Positions 1 to 9,388 of a stretch of 64,000 bases of DNA are shown here, piece by piece. The notes beneath the pieces are model-generated. The model worked only from the letters and a program-made list of their open reading frames with translations, was not told where the DNA came from and did no database searches. The stretch spans positions 942 through 64,941 of the forward strand of contig JAXFTN010000131.1 in the NCBI GenBank assembly GCA_034176765.1, given 5' to 3'. How positions within the stretch are numbered: position 1 is the stretch's first letter; each line of letters begins with the position of its first letter. The DNA comes from Bacilli bacterium. GTDB taxonomy: Bacteria > Bacillota_I > Bacilli_A > RFN20 > CAG-826. A program made the translations under genes and the position numbers.

Positions 1-298
1 ATTCTAGAGAATAAAAAACATATTGAGAAGTCGTTATATAATTAATAATATATGGTTTTATAGATTTACAAGCTAGACAATTCGAACCATAAAAGATTAA
101 AACAAAATCATCTTTATCACTTATTTTCTTTGATAAATTATCAAGTGTTAATGAAACAGTATAATCTTTATAATCTTGTTTATTTTCATCATATATAATA
201 TTCTCATCTTTTATTACATTAACAGTAATATCATTTTTTGGACTGCAACTTGTTAATAGTAAAGATGTAATTATTATAGGTAAATAAAACTTGTTCAT
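1..298 (-). CDS. Thioredoxin-like lipoprotein, partial (runs off the window start)
   Basis: Reverse-strand ATG at 298 is preceded by GGAGGAC. Translation MNKFYLPIIITSLLLTSCS gives an L-L-T-S-C lipobox. There is no stop codon through position 1. A thioredoxin-type motif is present: FVLIFYGSNCLACKSIKPY, with C-L-A-C. Confidence 0.45.
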   Translation of the reverse strand, partial: MNKFYLPIIITSLLLTSCSPKNDITVNVIKDENIIYDENKQDYKDYTVSLTLDNLSKKISDKDDFVLIFYGSNCLACKSIKPYIINYITTSQYVFYSLE

Positions 299-413
299 AT
301 TGTCCTCCGTTAATTAATATTAAATAATTTTTTATTATCTTTCAATAAATAAATAGTAATCAATGCAGATATTAATTTTTGTGATATAATGATAACGCAA
401 AGGAGGTGCATTT

Positions 414-947
414 ATGAATATTTGGCATGATATTTCAAAAGAAAGAGTAAATCCTGAAGATTTTGTTGTTTGCATTGAGATTTCTAAAGGTAGTAAAAAC
501 AAATACGAGTTAGACAAAGAGACAGGTTCTTTAATTTTAGATCGTATTTTATATACCTCAACTCACTATCCACATAATTATGGCTTTATTCCAAAAACTT
601 ATGCCGAAGATAATGACCCGTTAGATGTTCTAGTAATTTGTTCGGAATCAATTGTTCCTTTAGCGTTAGTAAAGTGTTATCCAATTGGTGTCGTACATAT
701 GATTGATAATGGTGCAGTTGACGATAAAATTATTGCTATTTGTCAACATGATCCAATCTATAATAGTTATAAAGATATTTCGGAATTACCTGTACATATA
801 TTTGATGAAATTGAACATTTCTTTAATGTTTATAAAACACTTGAGGGTAAGAATACTCAAGTAATGTCCTGTTTAGGAAAAGAAGAAGCAATAAAAATTA
901 TTAAAAAATCAATTGATTCATATCAAGAAAAATTTGAAAAGAAATAG
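414..947 (+). CDS. ppa: Inorganic pyrophosphatase (family I)
   Basis: RBS AAAGGAGG lies 7 nt upstream. Hallmark family-I PPase motifs are present: EISKGSKNKYELDKETG and DPLDVLV. Length is 177 aa. Confidence 0.9.
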   Translation: MNIWHDISKERVNPEDFVVCIEISKGSKNKYELDKETGSLILDRILYTSTHYPHNYGFIPKTYAEDNDPLDVLVICSESIVPLALVKCYPIGVVHMIDNGAVDDKIIAICQHDPIYNSYKDISELPVHIFDEIEHFFNVYKTLEGKNTQVMSCLGKEEAIKIIKKSIDSYQEKFEKK

Positions 948-957
948 GAGAAACTAA

Positions 958-1593
958 ATGAAATTATTTATTGATACAGCTAACATTGAAGATATTCGCC
1001 AAGCTAGCCAATGGGGAGTAATATCTGGAGTAACTACTAATCCTTCCTTAATTGCTAAAGAAGGACGTAAATTAGAAGATGTAATAAAAGAAATCACAAC
1101 TTTAGTTGATGGCCCAATTAGTGCAGAAGTAGATGAGTCTACAAGTGAAGTAATGGTTGCCCAAGCTAAAGAATTAGTTAAAATTCATAAAAACATTGTT
1201 ATTAAATTGCCTATGACACCAGCTGGTATTAAGGCATGTAGGGAATTAACAAGTCTAGGAATTAAAACTAATGTAACTTTAGTTTTCTCTGTTCCTCAAG
1301 CTCTTATGGCATGTGAAGCAGGTGCTACATATATTTCACCATTTATGGGTCGAGTAGATGACTTTGGAGAAAGTGGAGCAGACTTAATAGAAAGAATTAT
1401 GGTTATGATTAATAATTATGGTTATGAAAGTCAAGTAATTGCAGCATCTATTCGTAATTTAGCTCATGTTGAACAAGCTTCTTTAGCAGGAGCAGATATT
1501 GCTACAATTCCTTTTGCTGTTTTAAAGAAAATGTTTTGCCACCCATTAACAGATGCTGGACTTGATATTTTTGCTAAAGCAAAAAAGCAATAA
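958..1593 (+). CDS. Transaldolase-family protein (short Tal / fructose-6-phosphate aldolase type)
   Basis: N-terminus [12 protein letters not shown]...[13 protein letters not shown] is typical of ~215-aa transaldolase/FSA enzymes. RBS AGGAGAAA is present. Confidence 0.85.
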   Translation: MKLFIDTANIEDIRQASQWGVISGVTTNPSLIAKEGRKLEDVIKEITTLVDGPISAEVDESTSEVMVAQAKELVKIHKNIVIKLPMTPAGIKACRELTSLGIKTNVTLVFSVPQALMACEAGATYISPFMGRVDDFGESGADLIERIMVMINNYGYESQVIAASIRNLAHVEQASLAGADIATIPFAVLKKMFCHPLTDAGLDIFAKAKKQ

Positions 1594-1712
1594 TTCCATT
1601 TTATTTTTATTAAATTAAGAATAATTTTCATTAAATAATAAATTATATTAATTTTTTATTTGATTTGCTTAGTATTAATGATAAAATAATACTAACAAGG
1701 AGGAGAGATATA

Positions 1713-1919
1713 ATGAAAGATTTTGGTTTACCATGGATTGTCCACTGGATTTTAGGATGGTTTGCTGGTATCTGGTTCGGAATTGTTCGTATCGTTAGAG
1801 GACACGTACTTGGTGGTATTTTATATATCATTACAGCTGGATTCTTCGGCATTGGTTGGCTTATTGACCTAATCACTGTTTTATTAGGAAAACATCATAA
1901 ACCAGTTTTTATGTATTAA
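1713..1919 (+). CDS. TM2-domain small membrane protein
   Basis: RBS AAGGAGGAG precedes MKDF. There are two hydrophobic helices, with GWFAGIWFGIVRI...GWLIDLI (TM2-like). A rho-independent terminator follows. Confidence 0.55.
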   Translation: MKDFGLPWIVHWILGWFAGIWFGIVRIVRGHVLGGILYIITAGFFGIGWLIDLITVLLGKHHKPVFMY

Positions 1920-1924
1920 TCCTT

Positions 1925-1952
1925 AAAGAGACTTTAATTAGTCTCTTTTTTT
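1925..1952 (+). terminator. Rho-independent terminator
   Basis: Hairpin AAGAGACT-ttaatt-AGTCTCTT followed by a T7 run. Confidence 0.6.
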
Positions 1953-1984
1953 ATTTGTTTCATATATTTTATAAGGGGTATTAT

Positions 1985-2404
1985 ATGTCTAGAATTCCTT
2001 ATAATAGTAAAGAAATTGAATTGCTTGCTCGAATAATGAGAGCTGAAGCTATCGGAGAAGGAGTATTTGGTATGAAACTTGTTGGTAATGTCGTCGTAAA
2101 TCGAGTTGTAGCAACTTGCAAACCTTTTAAAAATAAAAATACAATCAATGAAGTAATATTTCAAAAAAATGCTTTTGAAGGAACAACTTCTCCTTTGTTT
2201 AATGGTCGACCAAACGAACAACTTAAAAAAATAGCTAAAGACTGTATAACTTTCTGGAGAGCAGAACCAGCTTATAGTGCTTTATATTTTTACGCACCAG
2301 GAAAAAATAATAAATGTAAAAGCTATTTCTGGGGAAATTATACTGGAAAATTTAAAAACCATTGTTTCTACGAAGCAGAAAACAATGGTGATTGTAACTT
2401 ATAG
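1985..2404 (+). CDS. Cell-wall hydrolase, SleB-type (Hydrolase_2) domain protein
   Basis: ELLARIMRAEAIGEGVFGMKLVGNVVVNRV matches the conserved SleB C-terminal catalytic-domain signature. Confidence 0.6.
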   Translation: MSRIPYNSKEIELLARIMRAEAIGEGVFGMKLVGNVVVNRVVATCKPFKNKNTINEVIFQKNAFEGTTSPLFNGRPNEQLKKIAKDCITFWRAEPAYSALYFYAPGKNNKCKSYFWGNYTGKFKNHCFYEAENNGDCNL

Positions 2405-2407
2405 ATA

Positions 2408-3238
2408 TTATTTAAATTCAAATCCGTTAAGCAAACGTTCTTTTTTAGTTTCAGCTATTTCTAAGTAAATGTCTTTACCTATTTTTCGATACATCATCAT
2501 AGCCCAATAGAACCATAAGTAATCTAAAAGAATAAAATAGTCTTTAATTTTATTTAGTAAATATGGTTTATAATAGCCATAAAAATATGTTTTTAAAAAT
2601 AATTCAACTGTTTTTAAATCAGTTATGTCATTTTCACTGAAAAAAGATGCTAAATCAAAGAATGGATCATTTAAGCTAGCAAATTCATAATCAATTATTC
2701 TTAACTCATTTTCGATGAATAGAATATTTCCTGGAACTAAATCATTATGACATAGACAAGTTGTTGAATAATCTAAATAAGTATGAGCTTTTTTTATAAG
2801 TTCTTTTTCTAATTGTTTATCTAAGTGTGCTCTTGAAAATAATTTGTAATATCTTAATCTTTTAAAATAGTCAAATTTTTGAGTAACTTTAGTCTCAATA
2901 TGATGCAAGTCCCTAATAGCTTCAGCTATTTTTTCAATTTGTTTATATGTATATTTCTTAGGATTAAATTGTTTTGCAAGTGGTTCATATATGGTAATTT
3001 TATTTCCTTTTTTATCATGATTTGTACAGTAAATATCAAGATGTAATTTTTTAATATCTTTCATTGCTTGAAATTCTGTTTTAGGATTGTAAAAATTTTT
3101 TCCAATATTATTTTTAATACGAAGGACATAACGATCATTAACTAGATAATTTTCATTCGAAAGACCTTTATCTATAGGAGTAATAGAATATAATTTCTCA
3201 TTAGATAATTTTTCAAAAATTTTTTTAAAATTAGCCAT
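2408..3238 (-). CDS. Phosphotransferase-family protein (APH / choline-ethanolamine kinase-like)
   Basis: Brenner and catalytic motifs are present: HNDLVPGNILF and IDYEFASLNDPFFDLA. RBS GGAGGAATAA is present. Confidence 0.6.
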   Translation of the reverse strand: MANFKKIFEKLSNEKLYSITPIDKGLSNENYLVNDRYVLRIKNNIGKNFYNPKTEFQAMKDIKKLHLDIYCTNHDKKGNKITIYEPLAKQFNPKKYTYKQIEKIAEAIRDLHHIETKVTQKFDYFKRLRYYKLFSRAHLDKQLEKELIKKAHTYLDYSTTCLCHNDLVPGNILFIENELRIIDYEFASLNDPFFDLASFFSENDITDLKTVELFLKTYFYGYYKPYLLNKIKDYFILLDYLWFYWAMMMYRKIGKDIYLEIAETKKERLLNGFEFK

Positions 3239-3313
3239 TCTTATTCCTCCTTCTTAATTTTTATTATATACTAATTGAGGAAAAGGAGAAAACTATTTTT
3301 CAAACTATTTATT

Positions 3314-3850
3314 ATGATTAATGTTATTTTATATCATCCAGAAATTCCTCAAAATACAGGAAATATAATGAGAACTTGTGTAGCAATGAATGCACGTTTA
3401 CATATTATTGGTCCATTACCTTTTTCAATCGATGATAAATCTTTAAAAAGAGCAGGTATGGATTATATAGATTCTTTAGAATTATTTTATTATCACAATT
3501 ATGAAGAATTTTATGAAAAATTCAGTGATAAAGAAATCTATTATATAACTAGGTATGCAAAAAAAACTTATAGTGATGTTCAATATAAAGATTATGTAAA
3601 TGATGATGTTTATGTTATGTTTGGGAGAGAATCAACAGGTATAGATCATGATATTTTGCGTGATCATTTGGATAGATGTTTAAGAATACCTATGGTTCCA
3701 AATGCTCGAAGTATGAATTTATCAAATTGTGTTGCAATAGTTGTAAGTGAAATTTGTCGTCAACATGATTTTATAAATCTTGCAAAACATGAAGTTATAA
3801 AAGGAGAAGACTTTCTAATTGAAGAAAAAAAATCAATCGCTAACGATTGA
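3314..3850 (+). CDS. trmL: tRNA (cytidine/uridine-2'-O)-methyltransferase, SpoU/TrmL family
   Basis: MINVILYHPEIPQNTGNIMRTCVAMNARLHIIGPLPF is the classic TrmL N-terminus. Start is taken at the internal ATG; the ORF track begins at a TTG 39 nt upstream. Confidence 0.8.
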   Translation: MINVILYHPEIPQNTGNIMRTCVAMNARLHIIGPLPFSIDDKSLKRAGMDYIDSLELFYYHNYEEFYEKFSDKEIYYITRYAKKTYSDVQYKDYVNDDVYVMFGRESTGIDHDILRDHLDRCLRIPMVPNARSMNLSNCVAIVVSEICRQHDFINLAKHEVIKGEDFLIEEKKSIAND

Positions 3851-4817
3851 TTTTTTCTATTAAGTTTAATTTATTAACAAGTATTACAAGAGATATAGAA
3901 ATAATACTATTAATACAAGCTTGTAAAGTATTCATTGGAAGACCAGATAATAATCCACTTAATTCAAAGAAAATTCCATCTGGTATTGTGTATAAAATAG
4001 GATTACATAAGGCACCAACAAATATTAATAAATATTTAAAGAATGGCTGTTTGAGTTTTTTAAATCCATAACCAGCAATTAAGGCTTCTAAAGCTTTAAT
4101 AACAATAGTAAATGGGACATACATTCCATATCCAGAAAATAAGTCAGCTAAACCCGCACCAATTGCACCAACTATAGCTCCTGAAACAGGGTCAATAATA
4201 CAAGCTGCTAGTAAAATAATTGCATCAGATAAATTTAAATAACCAGCACCATTAGAAATTGGTATTTGTAAGAAGAATGTAATAACAAATGTAATAGCTG
4301 CAAATAAAGCAACAAGACACATTTTTGTGATAAGTTGGTGAGTATTTAATTTTTTACTTTTTACACTATCAACATGTTCAACTTCTTTTAATAACGCATC
4401 AATATCGTTTTCTGTAAACACTTGAATTTTATTTTCTTTTAATAATTTAGCTGTTACACCATCGCCATCTATTATTGTGTTAGTAAATGTACCATCGTAA
4501 ATTTTGTTTGAGCCACAGCTTGGACTATTTGATTTTAATAAAGCTTTTGTAATATTTTGTTCTTTACAAATAGAAAGAGCAATTTCAGCACCTTTTTTAA
4601 AATAAGAAGTATTATCTTCATTTTCTTTATTGATTACTTTGTTGTTTTTAATTTCACTTGGAACACGTGGAGTTGGTAAACCTCCATCAACTTCAGGACA
4701 TACTGGTACGAGTTCATAGTATTGTTTTAATTTATTTAATTTTTCTAATTTGTTGCTTTTTCCGTCATAGCGACAATTGTTGCCTAATAGGCAACTACTA
4801 ATAAGTAGTTTTTCCAT
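3840..4817 (-). CDS. Fusion protein: N-terminal DUF523 (TudS-like [4Fe-4S] thiouracil desulfidase fold) plus a C-terminal polytopic membrane domain resembling an ECF-transporter S component
   Basis: The N-terminal ~150 aa carry the three DUF523 Cys motifs: SSCLLGNNCRYDG, VPVCPEVDGG and NSPSCGS. The C-terminal ~170 aa are strongly hydrophobic with 5-6 helices; the motif GAIVGAIGAGLADLFSGYG...FTIVIKALEALIAGYG resembles S components. Confidence 0.55.
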   Translation of the reverse strand: MEKLLISSCLLGNNCRYDGKSNKLEKLNKLKQYYELVPVCPEVDGGLPTPRVPSEIKNNKVINKENEDNTSYFKKGAEIALSICKEQNITKALLKSNSPSCGSNKIYDGTFTNTIIDGDGVTAKLLKENKIQVFTENDIDALLKEVEHVDSVKSKKLNTHQLITKMCLVALFAAITFVITFFLQIPISNGAGYLNLSDAIILLAACIIDPVSGAIVGAIGAGLADLFSGYGMYVPFTIVIKALEALIAGYGFKKLKQPFFKYLLIFVGALCNPILYTIPDGIFFELSGLLSGLPMNTLQACINSIISISLVILVNKLNLIEKINR

Positions 4818-4967
4818 TTTTAATCACCGATAATGATTATAGCATACATTTATTAAAGCTCAATAATGATTTTTATGCTTATTTTCAAAATAGTATTTGC
4901 TTTATATATTTATTGAGTGTAAAATATCTATAATTTAAGAAAGTATTTATTTGGAGAATTTAGGTTT

Positions 4968-5561
4968 ATGCAAAAGGGACTTTTGATTATTATTAGTGGA
5001 CCAAGTGGTGTTGGTAAAGGAACTGTTAGACGTCGTATTATGGAAGATGATAGTCTAAATCTTTCTTATTCCGTTTCAATGACTACTAGAGCTCCAAGAA
5101 ATAAAGAGGTCGATGGTGTTGACTATTTCTTTGTATCTAACGAAGAATTTGATCGTAATTTACAAAACGATAATTTTCTTGAGTGGGCTAATTTTGTAGG
5201 TAATCGTTATGGAACACCTAAAGATTATGTCGAAAAGCTTCGTGAAGAAGGAAAGAATGTTATTTTAGAAATTGAAATAGAAGGTGCTCAACAAGTATTA
5301 TCAAAATGTCAAGGTAATGATGTCATTTCAATTTTTTTAATGCCTCCTTCAATAGAACAACTTGAAGCACGTATTCGTGGTAGAAAAAGTGAATCTGAAG
5401 AAATTATTCAAGAACGTCTAGCAAAAGCAAGAAGAGAAATGTCTTCTCCAGCATTAAAATATCAATATCATTACATTGTATATAACGATAGAGTTGAAAG
5501 AGCTTCTGATGAGATTAAAAATATTATTAAAAGTAAACTTAATGCTAAGATAACAAAGTAA
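4968..5561 (+). CDS. gmk: Guanylate kinase
   Basis: P-loop IISGPSGVGKGTV is present and the ORF matches Gmk over its full length. RBS GGAGAA is present. Confidence 0.92.
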   Translation: MQKGLLIIISGPSGVGKGTVRRRIMEDDSLNLSYSVSMTTRAPRNKEVDGVDYFFVSNEEFDRNLQNDNFLEWANFVGNRYGTPKDYVEKLREEGKNVILEIEIEGAQQVLSKCQGNDVISIFLMPPSIEQLEARIRGRKSESEEIIQERLAKARREMSSPALKYQYHYIVYNDRVERASDEIKNIIKSKLNAKITK

Positions 5562-5571
5562 GGAGATAAAT

Positions 5572-6093
5572 ATGATTACTATATCAATACTAGGATTAGA
5601 TCAATTTGTTGTTGGTGATTACTCTCGTGAGATTACAAAAAAAATCGCTGATGCTTATGAAATTAACGAAGATGAAATTTTATTTTATGCTCCACAAGCT
5701 TTTATCTTCCATAAAGGATTTGATCAATCAGCTTACAATGTAGTTGTTAAAGTTGAAGCTGAAAGAAAATATGAAGTTTTTGAAAAAATTGTCTTTACTA
5801 TAATTTCAAAAACTTTATCTAAATATGTTATTCATATGAATATTCAATTTGTATATTTTGATGAAGAACATTGTTATTCATATAAAAATGAAGAATATCC
5901 ATTATATATGAGCGATTCAAATGTTGTTTATGATGGTGGTTATGAAGAAGAATCTGATGAAGATGTTGAAGTTTATGATGGAAACATTTTTGAAAATCTA
6001 GATGAATTAATCGAAGAAAAACAACGTGAACATGATGAACAAAATAATTGTGATTGTGATCATCACAATTGTGATTGTGGCCACAAGCATTAA
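5572..6093 (+). CDS. Hypothetical protein with an acidic linker and a Cys/His-rich C-terminal tail
   Basis: RBS AAGGAGA is present. A ~110-aa globular N-terminal part is followed by an E/D-rich low-complexity segment and the terminal CDCDHHNCDCGHKH. Confidence 0.4.
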   Translation: MITISILGLDQFVVGDYSREITKKIADAYEINEDEILFYAPQAFIFHKGFDQSAYNVVVKVEAERKYEVFEKIVFTIISKTLSKYVIHMNIQFVYFDEEHCYSYKNEEYPLYMSDSNVVYDGGYEEESDEDVEVYDGNIFENLDELIEEKQREHDEQNNCDCDHHNCDCGHKH

Positions 6094-6211
6094 CAATTTC
6101 ACCTCAAGTATTTATAAATTATTTAACTTGAGGTTTTTTATTTTAAAAAATAAATTGTTATATTGCTTATAATATTTTGACTTGTTAAAATATTAAAAGG
6201 GAGTGATTAGA

Positions 6212-7486
6212 ATGGTAAATATTATTAAAAGTAGCTTTGACATTACTTATAAAGTTTTAAAGAAAGATATTTCTCTTCATGAATGTATGCAGGAATATTT
6301 TGATTTACATGCTATGGCTCCTGAACATCGTAAAAGCGTTGTAAAAATATGTATTCATTTTTTCCGCAATAACTTAGCTTTGCAAGAATTATTAGAAGAT
6401 GCTTTTCCTAAACTAAGAACTAATGATTTCTTTATTTTAGGTGTGTCTTTAACTGATTATTTATTTGTTAATTCATTATGCAAAGAAGAAAATATTTGCA
6501 CCACTATTGAATTATTGAGAAGTAATAAATCAAATGTCTCTGAAGATATGGTTGAAAGATTATTTGATAGCATTCATCAATATAAAGATTTGATTCCTCA
6601 AAATATAAAAAATGGTACTAAAAAGTATCTTTCTTTGAGATATAATTTACCACTTTGGGTTGTCAATTTATGGACAAAACATTATGGTAGTAATGTAGCA
6701 GAAAAATTGATGCAACATGTTCGTAAATATGCATATAAAAATTTTAGAATTAATAGATTAAAAACAAATTATCAAAAAGTTATGAATAGTTCTAAAGATT
6801 TTGTTGGTGGACGTTCTTTAACACTCACAACAGTCGTATATAAATCTTTTAAAGATTGGAAAAATCTATCTTTATATGAAAATGGTGAAATTATTCCAAT
6901 TAGTGAGGGGATGAATCATTTAGTTAATAAGTTACATCTAAGAGCAAATGATGAAGTTTTAATTATTGACTATATGAAAACGAATGCTGCTTTAGCTATG
7001 GCAGAATCTTCAAATGACAAAGCTCATATTACTTTATATTGTGAAAATGAAGATGACAAATATACATTTAATTATAGAATTAAATCATATGGTTTTACTC
7101 ATGTTGAAGCAGGCGATGGTCCATTATCTAGACTATTTACTTATATTTCAAATTCTAAAGATTTAGTCTTTTTATGTCCTAAATCAACTAATTTTAATAA
7201 TATAAACAATAACCCTGATTTCTTTATACATTGTAAACAAGAATATCTAGATACAATTATTCAAGATGAAAGAGATATGTTAGAAGAAGGGGCTAAATAT
7301 GTAAATGACAATGGTTTATTAGTTTATGCTATTGAAACTGCTAATAATAAAGAAGGCTCATTATTAATAAGCGAGTTTTTAGATTTACATAATGATTTTA
7401 AATTAGTTGAACAACGACAAACATTGCAATTTGATAGAAGAGATACATCTTTCTATTTTGCGATTTTACGAAAGATAGGTAAATAA
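6212..7486 (+). CDS. RsmB/Sun-family protein with degenerate catalytic motifs (likely non-catalytic 16S rRNA m5C methyltransferase homolog)
   Basis: It sits in the conserved sun-rlmN-rsgA-rpe position. PLWVVNLWTKHYGSNVAEKLMQH...FRINRLKT matches the RsmB/Fmu core. The SAM motif (DxCAAPGGK) is replaced by IDYMKTNAALA. The motif-VI TC nucleophile is absent (NGLLVYAIETANN). Confidence 0.6.
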   Translation: MVNIIKSSFDITYKVLKKDISLHECMQEYFDLHAMAPEHRKSVVKICIHFFRNNLALQELLEDAFPKLRTNDFFILGVSLTDYLFVNSLCKEENICTTIELLRSNKSNVSEDMVERLFDSIHQYKDLIPQNIKNGTKKYLSLRYNLPLWVVNLWTKHYGSNVAEKLMQHVRKYAYKNFRINRLKTNYQKVMNSSKDFVGGRSLTLTTVVYKSFKDWKNLSLYENGEIIPISEGMNHLVNKLHLRANDEVLIIDYMKTNAALAMAESSNDKAHITLYCENEDDKYTFNYRIKSYGFTHVEAGDGPLSRLFTYISNSKDLVFLCPKSTNFNNINNNPDFFIHCKQEYLDTIIQDERDMLEEGAKYVNDNGLLVYAIETANNKEGSLLISEFLDLHNDFKLVEQRQTLQFDRRDTSFYFAILRKIGK

Positions 7487-7487
7487 A

Positions 7488-8525
7488 ATGATCAATTTAT
7501 ATGGTTTAGAAATTAAAAAATTAGAAAGTTTAATGCTTGCAGAAGGTCAAACAAAGTATAGGGCAACGCAACTTTATACTTGGTTATATGAAAAAAAAGC
7601 AAAGTCATTTGATGAAATGACTGACATTTCTCTTCGCTTTCGTGAAGTATTAAAAGAAAAATATTGTTTCGAAATACCTTCCATTTTTGTTAAGCAACAA
7701 AGTAAAGATGGTACTATTAAATGTTTATTAGAACTTAAAGATGGTTCTAAAATTGAGACTGTTTTAATGCGTTATAATTATGGAAATGTAATTTGTGTTA
7801 CTTCTCAAGTAGGATGTAACATGGGATGCAGTTTTTGTGCAAGTGGATTGTTAAAAAAGCAACGTGACTTATTACCTGAAGAAATGGTTGGTCAAGTTCT
7901 AGTAATGAATAATTTATTACAAGAAGAAGGAAATAATCAAAGAGTTACTCATGTTGTTGTTATGGGAACTGGCGAGCCTTTTGATAATTATGATAATGTA
8001 ATTGATTTTGTAAGGATTATAAACCACCAAAAAGCATTAGCAATAGGTGCTAGACATATTACTGTTTCAACATGTGGAATTCCTGATAAAATCATTAAAT
8101 ATGCAAATGAGGGTTTACAAATTAACCTAGCTATTTCTTTGCATGCACCTAATAATGAAATTCGTTCAAAGATTATGAAAATTAATAAAGCATATCCTTT
8201 AGAAGTTTTAATTCCTGCCGTAGCAGAATATAACAGAATTGCTGATAGAAGAGTTACATATGAATACATTTTATTAAAAGGAATAAATGATTCAATGGAA
8301 AATGCTGATGAACTAGCAAGACTAATTAAACCTACTTTTGCTTATGTTAATTTAATTCCATATAATGAAGTTGATGAACATGGTTATCGTCGTTCAGATA
8401 ATGTTAAAGCTTTTTTAGATAGATTAATTAAGAACAATGTTACTGCTACTATACGCAAAGAATTTGGTTCAGATATCGATGCAGCATGTGGGCAATTAAG
8501 AGCAAAACAAGAAGGTAAATTATAA
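7488..8525 (+). CDS. rlmN: 23S rRNA (adenine2503-C2)-methyltransferase, radical SAM
   Basis: Radical-SAM motif GCNMGCSFCASG is present and the ORF matches RlmN over its full length. Confidence 0.92.
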   Translation: MINLYGLEIKKLESLMLAEGQTKYRATQLYTWLYEKKAKSFDEMTDISLRFREVLKEKYCFEIPSIFVKQQSKDGTIKCLLELKDGSKIETVLMRYNYGNVICVTSQVGCNMGCSFCASGLLKKQRDLLPEEMVGQVLVMNNLLQEEGNNQRVTHVVVMGTGEPFDNYDNVIDFVRIINHQKALAIGARHITVSTCGIPDKIIKYANEGLQINLAISLHAPNNEIRSKIMKINKAYPLEVLIPAVAEYNRIADRRVTYEYILLKGINDSMENADELARLIKPTFAYVNLIPYNEVDEHGYRRSDNVKAFLDRLIKNNVTATIRKEFGSDIDAACGQLRAKQEGKL

Positions 8526-8528
8526 ACT

Positions 8529-9386
8529 ATGAAAGGAATAATTGTTTCTTCTATTTGTGGAACATATAAAGTTTTAATAAAAGGACAGGAGTATAATGTA
8601 ACAGCTCGTGGACTTTTTAAGCATCACAAAAGAAAACTAATTGTTGGTGATTATGTTGAAATTGATGAAAAAGAAAATATGATTACTAATTATTATGAAC
8701 AAACAAATTCATTCATTAGACCTAGTATTGCTAATGTTGATCAAGCAGCTGTTGTTATGTCTGCTATCGAACCTGAGTTTTCATTATTTTTAGTTGATAA
8801 ATTTTTAACTTATATAAATTTTAATAATGTTAATGGAATTGTTATTATTACAAAAGTTGATAAATTAAATAATAGAGATGAAATTGAAAAATATAAACGT
8901 ATTATTGAGTCATACGGTGTTAAGGTTATATATTTTTCTAAGGTTACTAAAGAAGGTGCATCAAGTCTTATTGAAGTATTTTCAAATAAAACAACGGTTT
9001 TAATGGGTCAGTCAGGAGTAGGAAAATCATCGCTCCTAAATGCTTTAATACCAGAATATAATCGTTTAATAGGTGAATATTCTAGCGCATTAGGTAGAGG
9101 TAAACATCAAACTAAAGAAGTAGTTTTATTACCTTTTTATAATGGATTTATTGCTGACACACCTGGATTTTCTAGTTTAGATATTGAACTAACACCCAAA
9201 CAAATCGCTATGAGTTTTCCAGTGATTAAAGAATATTATGGTACATGTTTTTTCGCTGACTGCTTGCATATCAGTGAAAAAGGTTGTAAAGTGAAAGAAA
9301 GAATAGATAATGGTTTTTCTTCATTATCTTATGAGAATTATTTAGTTCTTATTAAGGAAGCTAAGGAAAGGAAGGCTAAATATTAA
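8529..9386 (+). CDS. rsgA: Ribosome small-subunit-dependent GTPase A
   Basis: Circularly permuted GTPase with GQSGVGKSSLLNAL. C-terminal zinc finger CFFADCLHISEKGC is present. Confidence 0.88.
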   Translation: MKGIIVSSICGTYKVLIKGQEYNVTARGLFKHHKRKLIVGDYVEIDEKENMITNYYEQTNSFIRPSIANVDQAAVVMSAIEPEFSLFLVDKFLTYINFNNVNGIVIITKVDKLNNRDEIEKYKRIIESYGVKVIYFSKVTKEGASSLIEVFSNKTTVLMGQSGVGKSSLLNALIPEYNRLIGEYSSALGRGKHQTKEVVLLPFYNGFIADTPGFSSLDIELTPKQIAMSFPVIKEYYGTCFFADCLHISEKGCKVKERIDNGFSSLSYENYLVLIKEAKERKAKY

Positions 9387-9388
9387 TT

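Noticed and set aside
335-517. 60-aa minus-strand ORF from the six-frame track.
   Set aside because: It overlaps the promoter, RBS and start of ppa and has low-complexity AT-rich codons. Spurious.
7988-8269. 93-aa minus-strand ORF inside rlmN.
   Set aside because: Antisense to a strongly conserved radical-SAM gene, with no RBS. Spurious.
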